Below are positions 1 to 55,743 of a stretch of DNA of 64,000 nt, piece by piece. Within the stretch, counting starts at the first letter, position 1. Every line of letters starts with the position of its first letter. The notes below the pieces were generated by a model that did no database searches, was not told the DNA's origin, and saw only the letters and a program-made list of their open reading frames with translations. The position numbers and the translations under genes are program-made. Source of the stretch: the human T2T-CHM13v2.0 reference genome, Homo sapiens; assembly GCF_009914755.1 (NCBI RefSeq), contig NC_060941.1, one strand, 5' to 3'.

Positions 1-123
1 CCCTGTTTTCTCCCCAGGCTTTACCACCCTGCAGCTGCAACTTTAGCCCTGGGAAACAGAGGGGAAGCTGGTAAGTAGAAGCCCTGTTGGGTGTTAATAG
101 GGATGTAGAGCTCCACCTTCCTA

Positions 124-3800
<3,677 letters not shown>

Positions 3801-3999
3801 GGGTTAATGAGCAAACTGAAGTGTTTTCCATGATCTTTTTTGAGGTAGGGCTGTTTACTGTCACCACCCCTGTCGGATTTTACTTCCTAAACGTACCTGT
3901 AACTATCCACTTCTCTCCATCTCTTCTGGCACCACCCTGGTTAAAGACACCATCATGTGTCGCCAAGACAGCCGCAGTAGCTTCTTAATGGCTCTCCCT

Positions 4000-4412
4000 G
4001 CCTCTACTTTTGCCTCTTCCAACCTGCGCTCCATTTTGAAAAATTAAAATTTGCCCATATCACTTTTTTTTTCTTAAAATTATTTACTGGCTCCCAATTA
4101 CCTTGGGTAAAATACAGTCTCCACAAACCCTGCCTGATTTGGCCCCTGTCCACTGGTCTCCCTCACTCCCTTGCTCCAGACCCGCTTCAGAGGGCTATGT
4201 CCCTCAAGCTTCCTGACTGCCTGGCCTGGTCTGAATCACTCACTCTTCTTTTTTCTTCTAGTCGCAATTGAAGTACCACCTCCCGAGGGTGATTGCTTCC
4301 CCATGCGGGGTAGAACCTTTGCTGTCCTGTTCACCACTCTACCTCCAGCACAGAATTTGGCTTATGGTAGGCGCTAACTGCGTTTGTTTGTTCTTCTGTT
4401 TAATGAATGAAC
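4000..4412 (+). mobile_element. L2 3' fragment
   Basis: Degenerate L2 3' end terminating in AATGAATGAA. Confidence 0.55.
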
Positions 4413-4779
4413 AGCATACATCAACATAAGAACTTGACAAATCCAGGGCTGTAAAATCATCAGTATGGTTCTGCACTGAGATCGGAGAGAAGTAATATTT
4501 CTAGGAAAATTAGGAACCCTGGGAACAGGACGCTTGCTTTAGTATCCTCTCCCTGCTCACCTCCCCTGCACTCCCATCAGCACCGACCCACACCCAATCT
4601 CATAGAAGCCTTGTAGCTAAGGATCACCCTTTCTCCTCCCCCACTCTCCTCACCCCTTGTCAACTTTTCTTTTTCGTCCTGGGGGTTGGAATGAGTAAGA
4701 AGTAGCCTGGGATTCCATTCACTCACTTAACAAACATTTCTGAGTCCTTAGCTCTAGCACCTTGCTAAGCAAGGCAAAA

Positions 4780-4910
4780 TCTCCAGGAGGCACCATTCAC
4801 ATTGCATTTTCTGTGAATGGTGCTCTGGGGAGCAGCATTCACATTGCCTTTTCTGTGAATGGCAAATTCTTCCAGTTAAATATAACATGAATAGTGTCCC
4901 CTGGAGTTGA
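4780..4910. mobile_element. MER91-like (hAT) palindromic element, internally repeated
   Basis: GGCACCATTCACA...TGTGAATGGTGC and CCCCTGGAGTTG resemble the recalled MER91 consensus. Confidence 0.5.
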
Positions 4911-5189
4911 CCACCCAACTGATACTGACTGAGAAGCTGAAATGAACAAAACAACCCCTTAGCCCTCCAGGAGCTGACCGGAAATCCAGTGCTAATACTA
5001 CTTTGCATCTTACAGATTAGTTCTTTTACAATACTGTTTTTTTTTCTTTTTTCATTTCATTTTGTCCTTTCTGTGACTCTGGGATGAGTCTTTTTATGAG
5101 GATCCTCATATAAAGATGGACATTTAGGATTAAAGAGGATGAAATCCTGACAAAATAGGGAGTCTCCCCTTTAGAAAATTCCTAAGTAA

Positions 5190-8668
<3,479 letters not shown>

Positions 8669-8697
8669 TCATGCAGTAGCAAGCATCGAGTTAAATA

Positions 8698-9052
8698 CAG
8701 TTGACCCTTGAACAACACAGGTTTGAATTGCACGGGTCCATTTATACTCACATTTCTTCCACCTCTGCCACCCCCAAAATAGCAAGACCAACCCCATCTC
8801 TTTTCCTTTCTCTTCCCCCTCCTCAGCCTACTCAATGTGAAGATGATGAGGATGAAAACCTTTGTGATGATCCACTTCCACTTAATGAATGGTAAATATG
8901 TTTTTTCTTACTTATGATTTTCTTAGTAGCATTTTCTTTTCTCTAGCTTCCTTTATTGTAAAAATACAGTATATAACACATATCACATACAAAATGTGTG
9001 TAAATGGACTGTTTGCTATTGATAAGTATTCTGGTAAACAGTAGACTATTAG

Positions 9053-9053
<1 letters not shown>
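8698..9053 (+). mobile_element. Tigger2a-like DNA transposon
   Basis: TA target site then terminal repeat CAGTTGACCCTTGAACAACAC; internal CCTACTCAATGTGAAGATGATGAGGATGAA; interrupted by Alu at ~9053. Confidence 0.75.
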
Positions 9054-9900
<847 letters not shown>

Positions 9901-11257
9901 AATAAAATAAATAATAATAAAACATTTACTTTGGCTGCTGTTGCTGCGGGGAGAATTGCAGGGTGTCAAAAGTAGCACTGGTGGAGGGGTAGTGATCAAA
10001 GTCTGGTGCTTTAGCCCAAAGGAGAAATGATAGAGACTCAGACTAGCTGGTGATGGAGGTAGAATAAGCATAAATGTATCAAAAAGAGGAGTTGATAGAT
10101 CTTAAAGAATGATTGGATTTGAAGGGCAAAGGAAGAGAAGAATCAACCAGGTGGGTTCAGTGAATGAAACCATCAGAAACGAATTGTCCCCTGAAATCAA
10201 GACTTTGTGATTGCCATAGTTGTATGCTTCTCAAAGGTTCCTCGTCTCCTCTTCCTTGGACCAAAAGTCAGAGGCAAGAATGCCCTCATTCATACCCCAG
10301 TGGTCTATACCTCCAGCAGCAAGTCGAGTGAGCAAGTGATGTCCTGAAAGGCCCAGTGGATCAGTGGAATGAAGCGGGCAGGAAGACTTAGTGCTCCTGA
10401 AACAAGGAATCCAGAATCCAGGAGAAGGATGGCTCAGTGGGGCTTTCAAGGGACAAGTATGGGGGTTGAAGGGGTCACTGTCCCTATACCAAATCCGAAA
10501 ATATTGTGACCAGGAACCATTCTGTCCAACTCTTCTATTTCAGGTGGCAAAGCAAAGCTATATTCAAGACCACATGCAAAGCTACTCCCTGAGCAAAGAG
10601 TCACAGATAAAACGGGGGCACCAGTAGAATGGCCAGGACAAACGCAGTGCAGCACAGAGACTCAGACCCTGGCAGCCATGCCTGCGCAGGCAGTGATGAG
10701 AGTGACATGTACTGTTGTGGACATGCACAAAAGTGAGGTGAGTCGCAGGACAGAAGAGTGCTTTTTGTTTCAGCAGAGCAGCCTGGGGAGAGATAAAAGC
10801 TACTCCTGGGGCCTGGGCCTGCATTCCTGAGATGTGGGTAAGAGGGGCCCAGGGTCAGAGTGTCTGGCAAGCTTGGCTCTGCCCCTTTGCTGTCCTGGAG
10901 ACTAGGGCTAATCCTGGGCTCAGGGAGTGGCCTCCCCATGGTTAGGATACAAGTGCTCATCAAGGGCCACCCCTAGGAAGGACCAATTTTCCTATCAGAA
11001 GCTTCTAAGTTATCCTCCTTTGGCCCAAAGGGACACCTCAAGCCTACTCTGAGGAACTCTTTCCAATGAACTAATTCCTACAGTCACTTCCCCAGCAACC
11101 TGTGCCTCAGCCTCAAGGCACTGTGGGGTAGGCCTCAGTTTGTGGCCTGGACATCGGACTGTGGACCAGACGACTCCTCCCGATTTCTGTTTGTTTTCAG
11201 TCCTCTGACCCCAAGCTGGCTGGTGAAGTAGGTAGAGGGAGGAGACTTTGGTGCATG

Positions 11258-11260
<3 letters not shown>

Positions 11261-11318
<58 letters not shown>
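11261..11318. repeat. (AC)29 microsatellite
   Basis: Read directly. Confidence 0.97.
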
Positions 11319-11321
<3 letters not shown>

Positions 11322-12900
11322 TCCTGTGCCCCCCAGTCTCCATGGCTGGTCAATGATTGACTGGCATTTCACAGGCCGCTGGTTGCAGCCCCAGCCTGTT
11401 GACTTAGAGGTCACCCTCGGAAGCTAGAGCCCTGTCCTGCCTCTTCAGTGTCAGTGGTCACTCCACTGCCCACAGGCTGGGGTCTTGGGCAAAACACACG
11501 CATCTGCCCTGATCTGAGTTTGCTGCCCTCTGTCCCGCAGTCAGCCCCACTCTGTTCCCACTCCCTCTCCCCAGCCCCCTAGCTAGACCCCTCTCACCAG
11601 CACCCCTTTCCCTTCCCTGAGGGTCCCCCTCGCTGTCTTTGTCCCTCAGACATCCTCTTTCCTGGGCTCTCCTGCCAGGCCCTGCTGGAGGGACAGTTAA
11701 GGAGGAAATCGAATCAGCAGCGCCCACCCCTGCCCCCCTTCCTCTCCTCTTGTCAGACACCAGACGAGGTTTTTTCCTCTGGCTTCCCAGCTCTGAATGG
11801 GCTCATTCTTTTTCAGAGGCTCGGCCCCTCTCGAGCCTCCTCCCCAGGGCGTGAGTTCTGACCCCAGCTCCTCCCCCCATCCCCACTCCAGCCCCCTCTC
11901 CAGCTTGCTCCACCCTCTCTACCGCCCACCGGGACTGGGCATTGTCTGCCAGTCCGGGTTTCTTCCTGGGATTTGGGATGCAGAGAGGATGGGTTTGCTT
12001 GGGCGGGGGGGTGGAGAGTGAAGGGGGGAAGCAGGATCTTTGTAGAGGGAGGGACCTACAGTTACCTGGACTTCTTTCCTCTGTCTCCCCTCTTGGTACC
12101 CTTGACTGGGGCTCTTGAGGGTAATGGGTGAAGCCAAATCTGCCATGGCTCAGTTCCCAGCTCAGCTCTGTGACCTTGGGAAAGTTCCTTTAGCTCGTGG
12201 AATCTCAAGGCTCAAGGTTCCTCTTCTGCAAAATGGGGAATGATAACACCTGCCTCCTCTGCAGTCTTGGGGACTCAGTGTTCTGAGGAACGTGGCTGTA
12301 GGTCAGAGTGGCACAGAGTAGGGTCCAATGAAGCATGGCGTCCACAGTAGCTTTCCTGACTGGACTAACCTTTCCGGACACAACAGCAGGGCAGGGGTGG
12401 GGCCTGGGGAGAAAGGACACCTCTAACCCTGATCCTAACATCCCGATGGCCTCTAAGGCTGCCTGCACACTCATCCAGGTGCAAGCCCTCCAAGGTGTGG
12501 TGTGATGAACCAGTGACTCCTGGAGCCAGGTCAGCGCATCCTCTTCCCGCAGGGCTGTAAGCTGCAGGACTGAGAGGCAGGTTGACCAGGTCCTGGGCTG
12601 GATGATGGGGTGAGAGTAAGGGGTCAGTTTTGATACATGCCCAACTTTTCTCTCTAGCCCTAAGACATCCTGGGCAAATTGCTTACCTCAGTTCCCCTGA
12701 TCCTCACCCTAACCCTAACACCAGCTCAAGAGAAAATAGGGATATTGATGGCCATCCAGAAGGGCTGCTGTGTTCCATACACAGCAATATTTCTCGAATG
12801 TTTGTGACAGCGGTCCAAGGAATAAGTTAATTTTACATTATCACTCTGGATACCTGTACAAAACTCCACCTTATCCTTACTATATGAATGTGCTAGGGTT

Positions 12901-15220
<2,320 letters not shown>

Positions 15221-15399
15221 TTAAAACAAATAGGCTTGGGATGGAGTAGGATGCAAGCTCCCCAGGAAAGTTTAAGATAAAACCTGAGACTTAAAAGGGT
15301 GTTAAGAGTGGCAGCCTAGGGAATTTATCCCGGACTCCGGGGGAGGGGGCAGAGTCACCAGCCTCTGCATTTAGGGATTCTCCGAGGAAAAGTGTGAGA

Positions 15400-15620
15400 A
15401 CGGCTGCAGGCAACCCAGGCGTCCCGGCGCTAGGAGGGACGCACCCAGGCCTGCGCGAAGAGAGGGAGAAAGTGAAGCTGGGAGTTGCCACTCCCAGACT
15501 TGTTGGAATGCAGTTGGAGGGGGCGAGCTGGGAGCGCGCTTGCTCCCAATCACAGGAGAAGGAGGAGGTGGAGGAGGAGGGCTGCTTGAGGAAGTATAAG
15601 AATGAAGTTGTGAAGCTGAG
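15400..15620 (+). promoter_or_regulatory. ERBB2: ERBB2 proximal promoter: AP-2 site GCTGCAGGC (15403-15411), CCAAT (15546-15550), GGA polypurine tract (15554-15581), ETS GAGGAA (15588-15593), TATAA (15595-15599)
   Basis: All motifs read directly, in the established order of the HER2 core promoter; embedded in a CpG island (~15330-16270). Confidence 0.9.
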
Positions 15621-15772
15621 ATTCCCCTCCATTGGGACCGGAGAAACCAGGGGAGCCCCCCGGGCAGCCGCGCGCCCCTTCCCACGGGGCCCTTTACTGC
15701 GCCGCGCGCCCGGCCCCCACCCCTCGCAGCACCCCGCGCCCCGCGCCCTCCCAGCCGGGTCCAGCCGGAGCC

Positions 15773-15793
15773 ATGGGGCCGGAGCCGCAGTGA
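15773..15793 (+). other. ERBB2 5'UTR upstream ORF (MGPEPQ*), ending 5 nt before the main ATG
   Basis: ATG GGG CCG GAG CCG CAG TGA gcacc ATG; known translation-repressing HER2 uORF. Confidence 0.9.
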
Positions 15794-15798
15794 GCACC

Positions 15799-43604
<27,806 letters not shown>

Positions 43605-44222
43605 ACCAGAAGGCCAAGTCCGCAGAAGCCCTGATGTGTCCTCAGGGAGCAGGGAAGGCCTGACTTCTGCTGGCATCAAGAGGTGGGAGGGCCCTCCGAC
43701 CACTTCCAGGGGAACCTGCCATGCCAGGAACCTGTCCTAAGGAACCTTCCTTCCTGCTTGAGTTCCCAGATGGCTGGAAGGGGTCCAGCCTCGTTGGAAG
43801 AGGAACAGCACTGGGGAGTCTTTGTGGATTCTGAGGCCCTGCCCAATGAGACTCTAGGGTCCAGTGGATGCCACAGCCCAGCTTGGCCCTTTCCTTCCAG
43901 ATCCTGGGTACTGAAAGCCTTAGGGAAGCTGGCCTGAGAGGGGAAGCGGCCCTAAGGGAGTGTCTAAGAACAAAAGCGACCCATTCAGAGACTGTCCCTG
44001 AAACCTAGTACTGCCCCCCATGAGGAAGGAACAGCAATGGTGTCAGTATCCAGGCTTTGTACAGAGTGCTTTTCTGTTTAGTTTTTACTTTTTTTGTTTT
44101 GTTTTTTTAAAGATGAAATAAAGACCCAGGGGGAGAATGGGTGTTGTATGGGGAGGCAAGTGTGGGGGGTCCTTCTCCACACCCACTTTGTCCATTTGCA
44201 AATATATTTTGGAAAACAGCTA
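43605..44222 (+). other. ERBB2: ERBB2 3'UTR with miR-125 8mer site (43641-43648), miR-331-3p seed matches (43706-43712, 44126-44132) and a U-rich element (~44070-44108)
   Basis: CTCAGGGA and CCAGGGG read directly; the 3' end position is recalled from the mRNA. Confidence 0.75.
44117..44206 (+). terminator. ERBB2 polyadenylation signals: AATAAA (44117-44122) and variant AATATA (44201-44206)
   Basis: Hexamers read directly; AATATA lies ~16 nt before the recalled mRNA end. Confidence 0.65.
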
Positions 44223-44734
44223 GGCACCGGCCTATGTCTGGGGGTGGCTCTGTGCCATCCCTTCCTGCTCACCTTACACTCAATTCCTCTTTTCCTGGAG
44301 GGAGTGGCTGGGAATCTTCAGAAAGCTTGGATGAGGAGCCAGACATCCAGTTCTCCAGCTTCAGGGTTGGGGGAGATCGGGAAGCTGGATTCAGATCTGA
44401 GAGCCCTTTGACGACCAGATCATTCTTATTTAGAACGAACTAATTCCTAAGGCCACTCACCAGAATGGGGTTATTTCCTCCTTGTGAGTGAGGAGAGTGG
44501 TGGGTAGGGTGGGGGAAAGACGAGGCAGGGTCTACTGTGGGACTCATTTTCCTTGCCTTGGCTATGCCAGAGGAGCTCACTGACCTAAGGAGTAGCTGTC
44601 CAGAAAGCCCACCCAGCCAGCACAGCCACCCTGGCGGTACAAAGGCTGGGCTGACCGGACTTCTGTGCCCCCCACATTCCCAGACTGGACGTATAAAAAC
44701 ACACACTAGTTAGCATTAGTGTTTGTAGCGCCAC

Positions 44735-44740
44735 TTTACT
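44735..44740 (-). terminator. Probable MIEN1 poly(A) signal, variant AGTAAA
   Basis: TTTACT on the plus strand, followed on the minus strand by GT-rich sequence (GTGTGTTTTT). Confidence 0.5.
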
Positions 44741-45081
44741 GCCAATAGCTGACATTGCCCTGGGTTAGGGGAGAATAAATAAAATCTGTGGCATCAGACA
44801 GGTATTACCGAGGCGAAGAGTGGACTGGGCTTTCGTGGGCACTTACCCTGGGAAGGGGGTATGAGGTGGCTGGAGAAGTGTTCATGGAGAGTGTCTCTCT
44901 CCTGCCCCCAAGGCCACGGAATCTTCTATTCCTTCTTTGTACCCAAAGGGCAAAGTGGAGGCCAGGGTCTCTTTGCTAAGGAGCTAAGTAGGGGAAAGAG
45001 GCAGGGGGAGCTCCCAGCAGGACCAAAGGGAGACCAAGGTTTGGACCCCAGAACAGAGCAGGAACCCAGAGTCCTGTGCAG

Positions 45082-46055
45082 TCACAGGATGACGCAGGGA
45101 GGACGGCTGTTGGTGATCTTTTCTAGGGTTTCTCCATTACTGGCTCTTCGGATGGCCTCAATGAGCTAGAGGAGTGGAATGACAGGATGATGCACTGTTG
45201 GGGTAGGGTGACCAAGAGGTCCTCCCAACGCTGTAAATACTCACATCTTTCTCATAGGGAAAGCCCCCATTCTCCAGCTTGGAGAACACCAGCTGTCCAT
45301 TTATCTCTATCTCAAAGGCACCTGGTAAGAAATCAACAGATAAATGGTACACTGAGAACATAGGCAGAAGTCAGGAGTTCCTCCAAAGGGGTCCCCCGCC
45401 TTCAAGTCCCCCATCAATCCCACTGGAGACCCATTTGTAGCTCCTTAAGCAATTCCCCAACCCTGGGTCAACTCCAGGGAACCTGAGGGAGGCCTCGCCT
45501 GTGTGCCCCTCGCAACACTCAATAAAGGACTCCCTCCCCTCCAACCCTACACGATTGCAGTCTAATAGGTTTTTCCCCACAGGCCTCTGTGACACCCCCT
45601 GACCTATGGAAGGGAACTCATGTTGGCCGGACATTTTACCATGTGCCAGGCACTGCGGGCACTTTACATAAAGCAGCCAATGTCAGAACTAGAAAGCGGG
45701 AGAGCTGGGATTCAGAGCACAGACTGACCCAGCAGGTGTTCTGCGAGCCTCACCTGTGCCCCCGAGGCGCGACTCGATCTCGATGCCCGGATACTGCTCC
45801 TTCACAGCACTGGCCAGCTCCAGGTAGGTCGCCTCGAAGCCGCAGGGTTCACTGGGGAGTCAAGAGATGGGGCTGGGCTGGGGATTCGGGGGTGGGGCCT
45901 CCCGTGGACCCACCTCCGTCCGGCCCGCGGGACCAGGGTGCGGGTCCTCCAGCCGGGGCCGCTCACCAGTACTCCACCACGATGCGGACCCCACTGCCCG
46001 GCTCGACCTCCTCGGGAGGGGGCGCTACGGACGTCTGCCCCGGCTCCCCGCTCAT
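45082..46055 (-). CDS. MIEN1: Migration and invasion enhancer 1 (C35/Rdx12), 115 aa; exons 46055-45967, 45851-45754, 45321-45245, 45165-45082
   Basis: Spliced translation [39 protein letters not shown]...[22 protein letters not shown]...RPPCVIL*; CxxC motif, SelW-like fold, C-terminal CAAX; 89+98+77+84=348 nt. Confidence 0.97.
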
Positions 46056-46320
46056 CGCGGCCGGCTCCGCTCGGGCCCCTGCTTCCGGGTGTGACGCGAA
46101 CCGCGGGCACGTGACGGGGCGGGGCCTCTGGAGCGGGGAGGGGCCGAGGGTGGCGTTCGGGCGCCCCCTGCGGGTCTCCGCCACTGCTACGTTTTGACCT
46201 CGTAGGGCAGCTCCGGAGCTCGCTCCCCGGGCAGGGGCTGGGTCCGGTCCAGACCCTCCTTCCCTGGCCCGGTCTCCCGGAGTGCCGGGCTTCCCCACTC
46301 CCCACTCCCGGTGTCCGCTG
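46056..46320 (-). promoter_or_regulatory. MIEN1 CpG promoter: ETS (46082-46088), CRE half-site (46092-46096), E-box CACGTGAC (46108-46115), GC box (46116-46125)
   Basis: Motifs read directly, immediately upstream of the ATG within a CpG island. Confidence 0.7.
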
Positions 46321-46455
46321 GACTTCATGGCTTCATTTACTCTAATGGACTATCTTAGACTGCAAAGCGCTTTTCAGTTTACAAAAGAAAGAGAAAGTGG
46401 TGGGGCAAGCATCCTGGGGATGGGGGTGGGTGTGGCTGATGCATGAAATAGTTGA

Positions 46456-51228
<4,773 letters not shown>

Positions 51229-52539
51229 CTTGAGTGTGCCTTTCTATGAGTCCTAAGAAACACACACATTTGTGCATCCAACCCCAAAACCAAGATACAG
51301 TATGGTCCCATCACCTCTCACAAGTCCCTGTGCCCCCTACTGTGGACCCCTCTCCCTCCTCCCCAACCCCAGACCTGGTTTTTGTTCACACAGTTCCACC
51401 CGCTCCAGAAAGCCATATAAGTTGATTCCTACAGCACTCCGCCCTCTGACTGTGGCTTTGTTTCCATCCCATCCTTCAATATCCAGGATGATCTTTCCAA
51501 AATGTAAATGTGCCCTCTCCTCTGTGCTTCTACTTAAGTCTAAATACAACTTGCAGGGTCTGGTCTTTGACCGCTACTCCTGCCCATCTGGACAAACAGG
51601 ATGGATGGCTCTCAAACCTGGTTTGCAGAACAGCCACCTGAGGGCTTGTCAATACCACACCTTCCTGGGTCTTAGCCCCAGAGACTGAGATTCAGTTGCT
51701 GGAGAGGAGCCCAAGAATCTATTTTCCACACAAGGTTAGGGAGGTCTAGAGGCCACATTTGCAGAAGCACAGCTTCCTCTCTCCACACCTTCCACACCTG
51801 TCCAGGTTCACCCACGTGGCCTCTGCTTCCTCCCTTCTCCTCCAACCCCACTCTCTGTCTCCGCATGCTGCATCTCCTCCTGCCCAGAGCTCTGGCATTG
51901 ATTTCCTCACTGGGGAAAGTGGCCTCCTTCCCCAATTCCCATCCACCGATTCCAACCCCCTTCCCATGTCAGCCAGCTTCTCCTCTGCTCAGCTGTCACC
52001 TCCACTGAGAAGTCTTTCCTGACTCCCTATGTGAGTCATTTTCCCAGCATAGTTGTCTCCTGTCATTTCTTATTTGTGTGATTCTTTGGTTAACATCAAT
52101 CTTCCTGATTGGCTGTGTGAGGATGGGCGGGGTCTGTTTTTGTTGTTTACGCCTGTATCCCCAGCACAAAACATGGGGCTGGCATATGGTAGGTACTAAA
52201 CAGATAGTTGAATAAATGAATGAGTGAATTGTCTACTCTGCCTTTGCACAAGCTGCTCCATCACCAAAGAGACCTTGCCTCCTCCCCCACTTCTTTGCTG
52301 GGCCCACTCATACCGGTTTTCCTAGGAAAACTCTGGAGAAAATTGAGGCAGGAGCCACTCATTCGTGCCCCTTCCAGGGTGGACCTCTTATCACCCTAAG
52401 GATTGTTTGTTTTCCTGTCACCCACATCAAGCTGGGTGGTGGCCGCAGCCTTTGATCTCCACCTCCTAACCCCTCTCCCAAGTACCCTGTGTTTGCCCAG
52501 CACTGAATGAGACAGCTAAAGTGATCCCTGAGAGAACTA

Positions 52540-53382
<843 letters not shown>

Positions 53383-53495
53383 CTAGGAAGGGCAAAAACA
53401 ATCCCAGTTGGCGTAGTCAGGGAGTCTCCGCCCTCCTCCCAGGTTTCCTCCTCCCAGGCGCCTCCCCTGGACCCGCCCCCATCTGCCCAAGATAA

Positions 53496-55743
53496 TTTTA
53501 GTTTCCTTGGGCCTGGAATCTGGACACACAGGGCTCCCCCCCGCCTCTGACTTCTCTGTCCGAAGTCGGGACACCCTCCTACCACCTGTAGAGAAGCGGG
53601 AGTGGATCTGAAATAAAATCCAGGAATCTGGGGGTTCCTAGACGGAGCCAGACTTCGGAACGGGTGTCCTGCTACTCCTGCTGGGGCTCCTCCAGGTAAG
53701 GGGACCGAGATCGGTCTCAGACGACAGCCTGCCAGGCAACCCCCAGCCGCACCAGGGCCCCAGGCTGTGCCAGTCTCCGGCTGAACTGGCCGGCGGCCCA
53801 GGTGGGAGGATTGGAGCCACCTGGCTCTCCCCCTCCCCCGCTCGGTGATGTCAGGCCAGGGGCGGGGGCTGGAGGGGGACAGGTAGTTAAGGGCCTGGCG
53901 TCTCCCTCCCTGAAGACGTGGTCCCAGCCGGGTGTCCTGACGCTCGGGGTTCAGGTAAGAACCCAAGCGGGCATTTATCCTTTGGGGGCAGGCACGGCCG
54001 GTCTGGAGGCCGGTAGGGAAAGGCTGGGTCTCCTGATGGGTTGCTTGGCCTCCCACTTTTCTCTTTTCTGTCCATTTCCCACCCTGCCCCCTCCTCCCCA
54101 CCCGCCCTCTTTTCGTCCCCATCCTGGTTTCCAGCGCTCCTTGTTCCCTCCCTGTACACCTCCCTGCAGGCAGCAGCTGAGAATGGGAAGGAAGACCTGA
54201 TTCTCTCCTCCGACTTGGCTTTCCCGCTGAAACTAGCCCCTCCCCGCACACCCGGGGAGAGCCGCCCTCACTCTCTGGCTCGCCCAGTTTACCCCAGTTT
54301 GGGTTTCCCCAAGTCTCTAAGACAGACGTCTCTGCGGGCTGCGGGGAGATGTGGGGAGGGCCCCCTCCACTTTGGAGGGCAGTGAAGGAGAGGGATCCTC
54401 TAAATTGTCGAGGCTTCATCTCTCCAGATTGTATGCCCTTCTCAGCAACACCGCCTCCGGCCCTCCGATGGGAAAGTGGAGGCCGGGTGAGACGGGGTCC
54501 CTCCTGGCTTCAGCATGAAATGGGCAGGAAGGCTGGAGGGGTGTATGAGGGGCTCTGCAGTGCGGTGGGGCCTGGGGAGAGTGGGGTGGGGGATAGCAGA
54601 TGGTTTCTTCTGCTTGATGAGGCTAGGGAGAGACCCAGGTTCCCGGTCTGGGTCTCCCTGGCAGATTGAGGACAGAGAATGAATGCATCTGCCGGCAAGG
54701 TGGAACGCCCCCCACCCCGCCCCCCAACTAGCCGCACCGCCCCCCAGGAATGCCCTCTTTTGGTCCGCCGGTCTTGGACTCTGCTCTCCCCTCTCCTGAT
54801 ATCCTACTGTATGCTTGGTGGGGGGACCTCATGGAGGCGGGCAGCCTGTAATGATTAACTGCAGAGACACTCCAGCATTCTTCCCGAATTAAACTTTAAA
54901 AGAGCTGCCCCGCCTTCTCCCATTGGGTATTTTTCCTGAGTGAGAGTGGGCGGGGCCTCAGAGTCCTGGGTCCTCCCTTATACTAGGAGTCATCCAGGGG
55001 TTTCTCACCTTCTCACCTGGGCCCTGCACCCTAAAAAATTATAAGCCTCTCCCGTGGGGGCGGGGCGTGGAGTACTGGGCGGACGGGGGCTCTCCCGCCA
55101 CATCCAGGCCCCTGGCCCAGGCCTCAGTCCCGCAAGCCCTTCCCCCTGCTCTGGGAAGCAGAGTTGTTTTCTGTTGGCCCTGAACACCGGGCCCCGCCAC
55201 CTGCCCTTAGGGCCAGCCAGGTGGGGCGTGATTCAGGAAGTAAACAAGGAGGTTGGGAGGACGGGAACGCGGGTGGGGCTGGAACCACTGGGGGAGGAGG
55301 CAGCTGGGAAGCCACGGACGGAGTTACCTCGTTGAGGGGACAAACTGATTTTGGGGGTCGGTGTTTCCAACCGAAGCTTTACCGGGGCCTCAGTTTGAAA
55401 ACTCCAGATCTCTAAGCTGCCAGGCCCACAGCCAGGACCCCTTCCTCCTCCCTGCTCACCCCATTGGTCTTGACGATTCCACCCGCCTCCAGCCTTAGAA
55501 GCTTAAGGGCACGGCTGGGGGGCTCTGAAGGCAAACCCCAGCCTTGGACTGGCCCTCTCTGATCTCTGAGGCCAGGCTCTAATGTGATTTGAATCTACTT
55601 CTAACCCCTTCCAAGCACTGCCCTCCCGAATTCTCTGCTCCTCTCCCCACCCCACTGTTGGTCTGTGATTTCGAGGCAGGCGTGGCCCCCTGCAGCCTGG
55701 AATGAAGTCACTGGGGCTGTTTGGAGACCGGGGCTGTTTGGAG
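53496..55743 (+). other. GRB7: GRB7 alternative first exons ending at donors 53695, 53954, 54486 and 55743; all would splice to the acceptor at 57816
   Basis: CAG|gtaagg, CAG|gtaaga, CGG|gtgaga, GAG|gttaga in a GC-rich promoter region. The 54486 exon has ATG 54468 in frame, adding MGKWRPGQGHTTGSVKPLSRSDA. Start positions approximate. Confidence 0.7.

Noticed and set aside
44716-45081. Possible fossil SECIS in the MIEN1 3'UTR (SelW-family gene)
   Set aside because: The motif is Cys-x-x-Cys with no in-frame TGA, and I could not find an ATGA/AA/GA stem-loop by eye; a SECISearch run would settle it.
45589-46328. Long ORFs overlapping MIEN1 exon 1, including an upstream in-frame ATG at 46328
   Set aside because: CpG-island artefact; the upstream ATG lies 5' of the promoter motifs and so probably outside the transcript.
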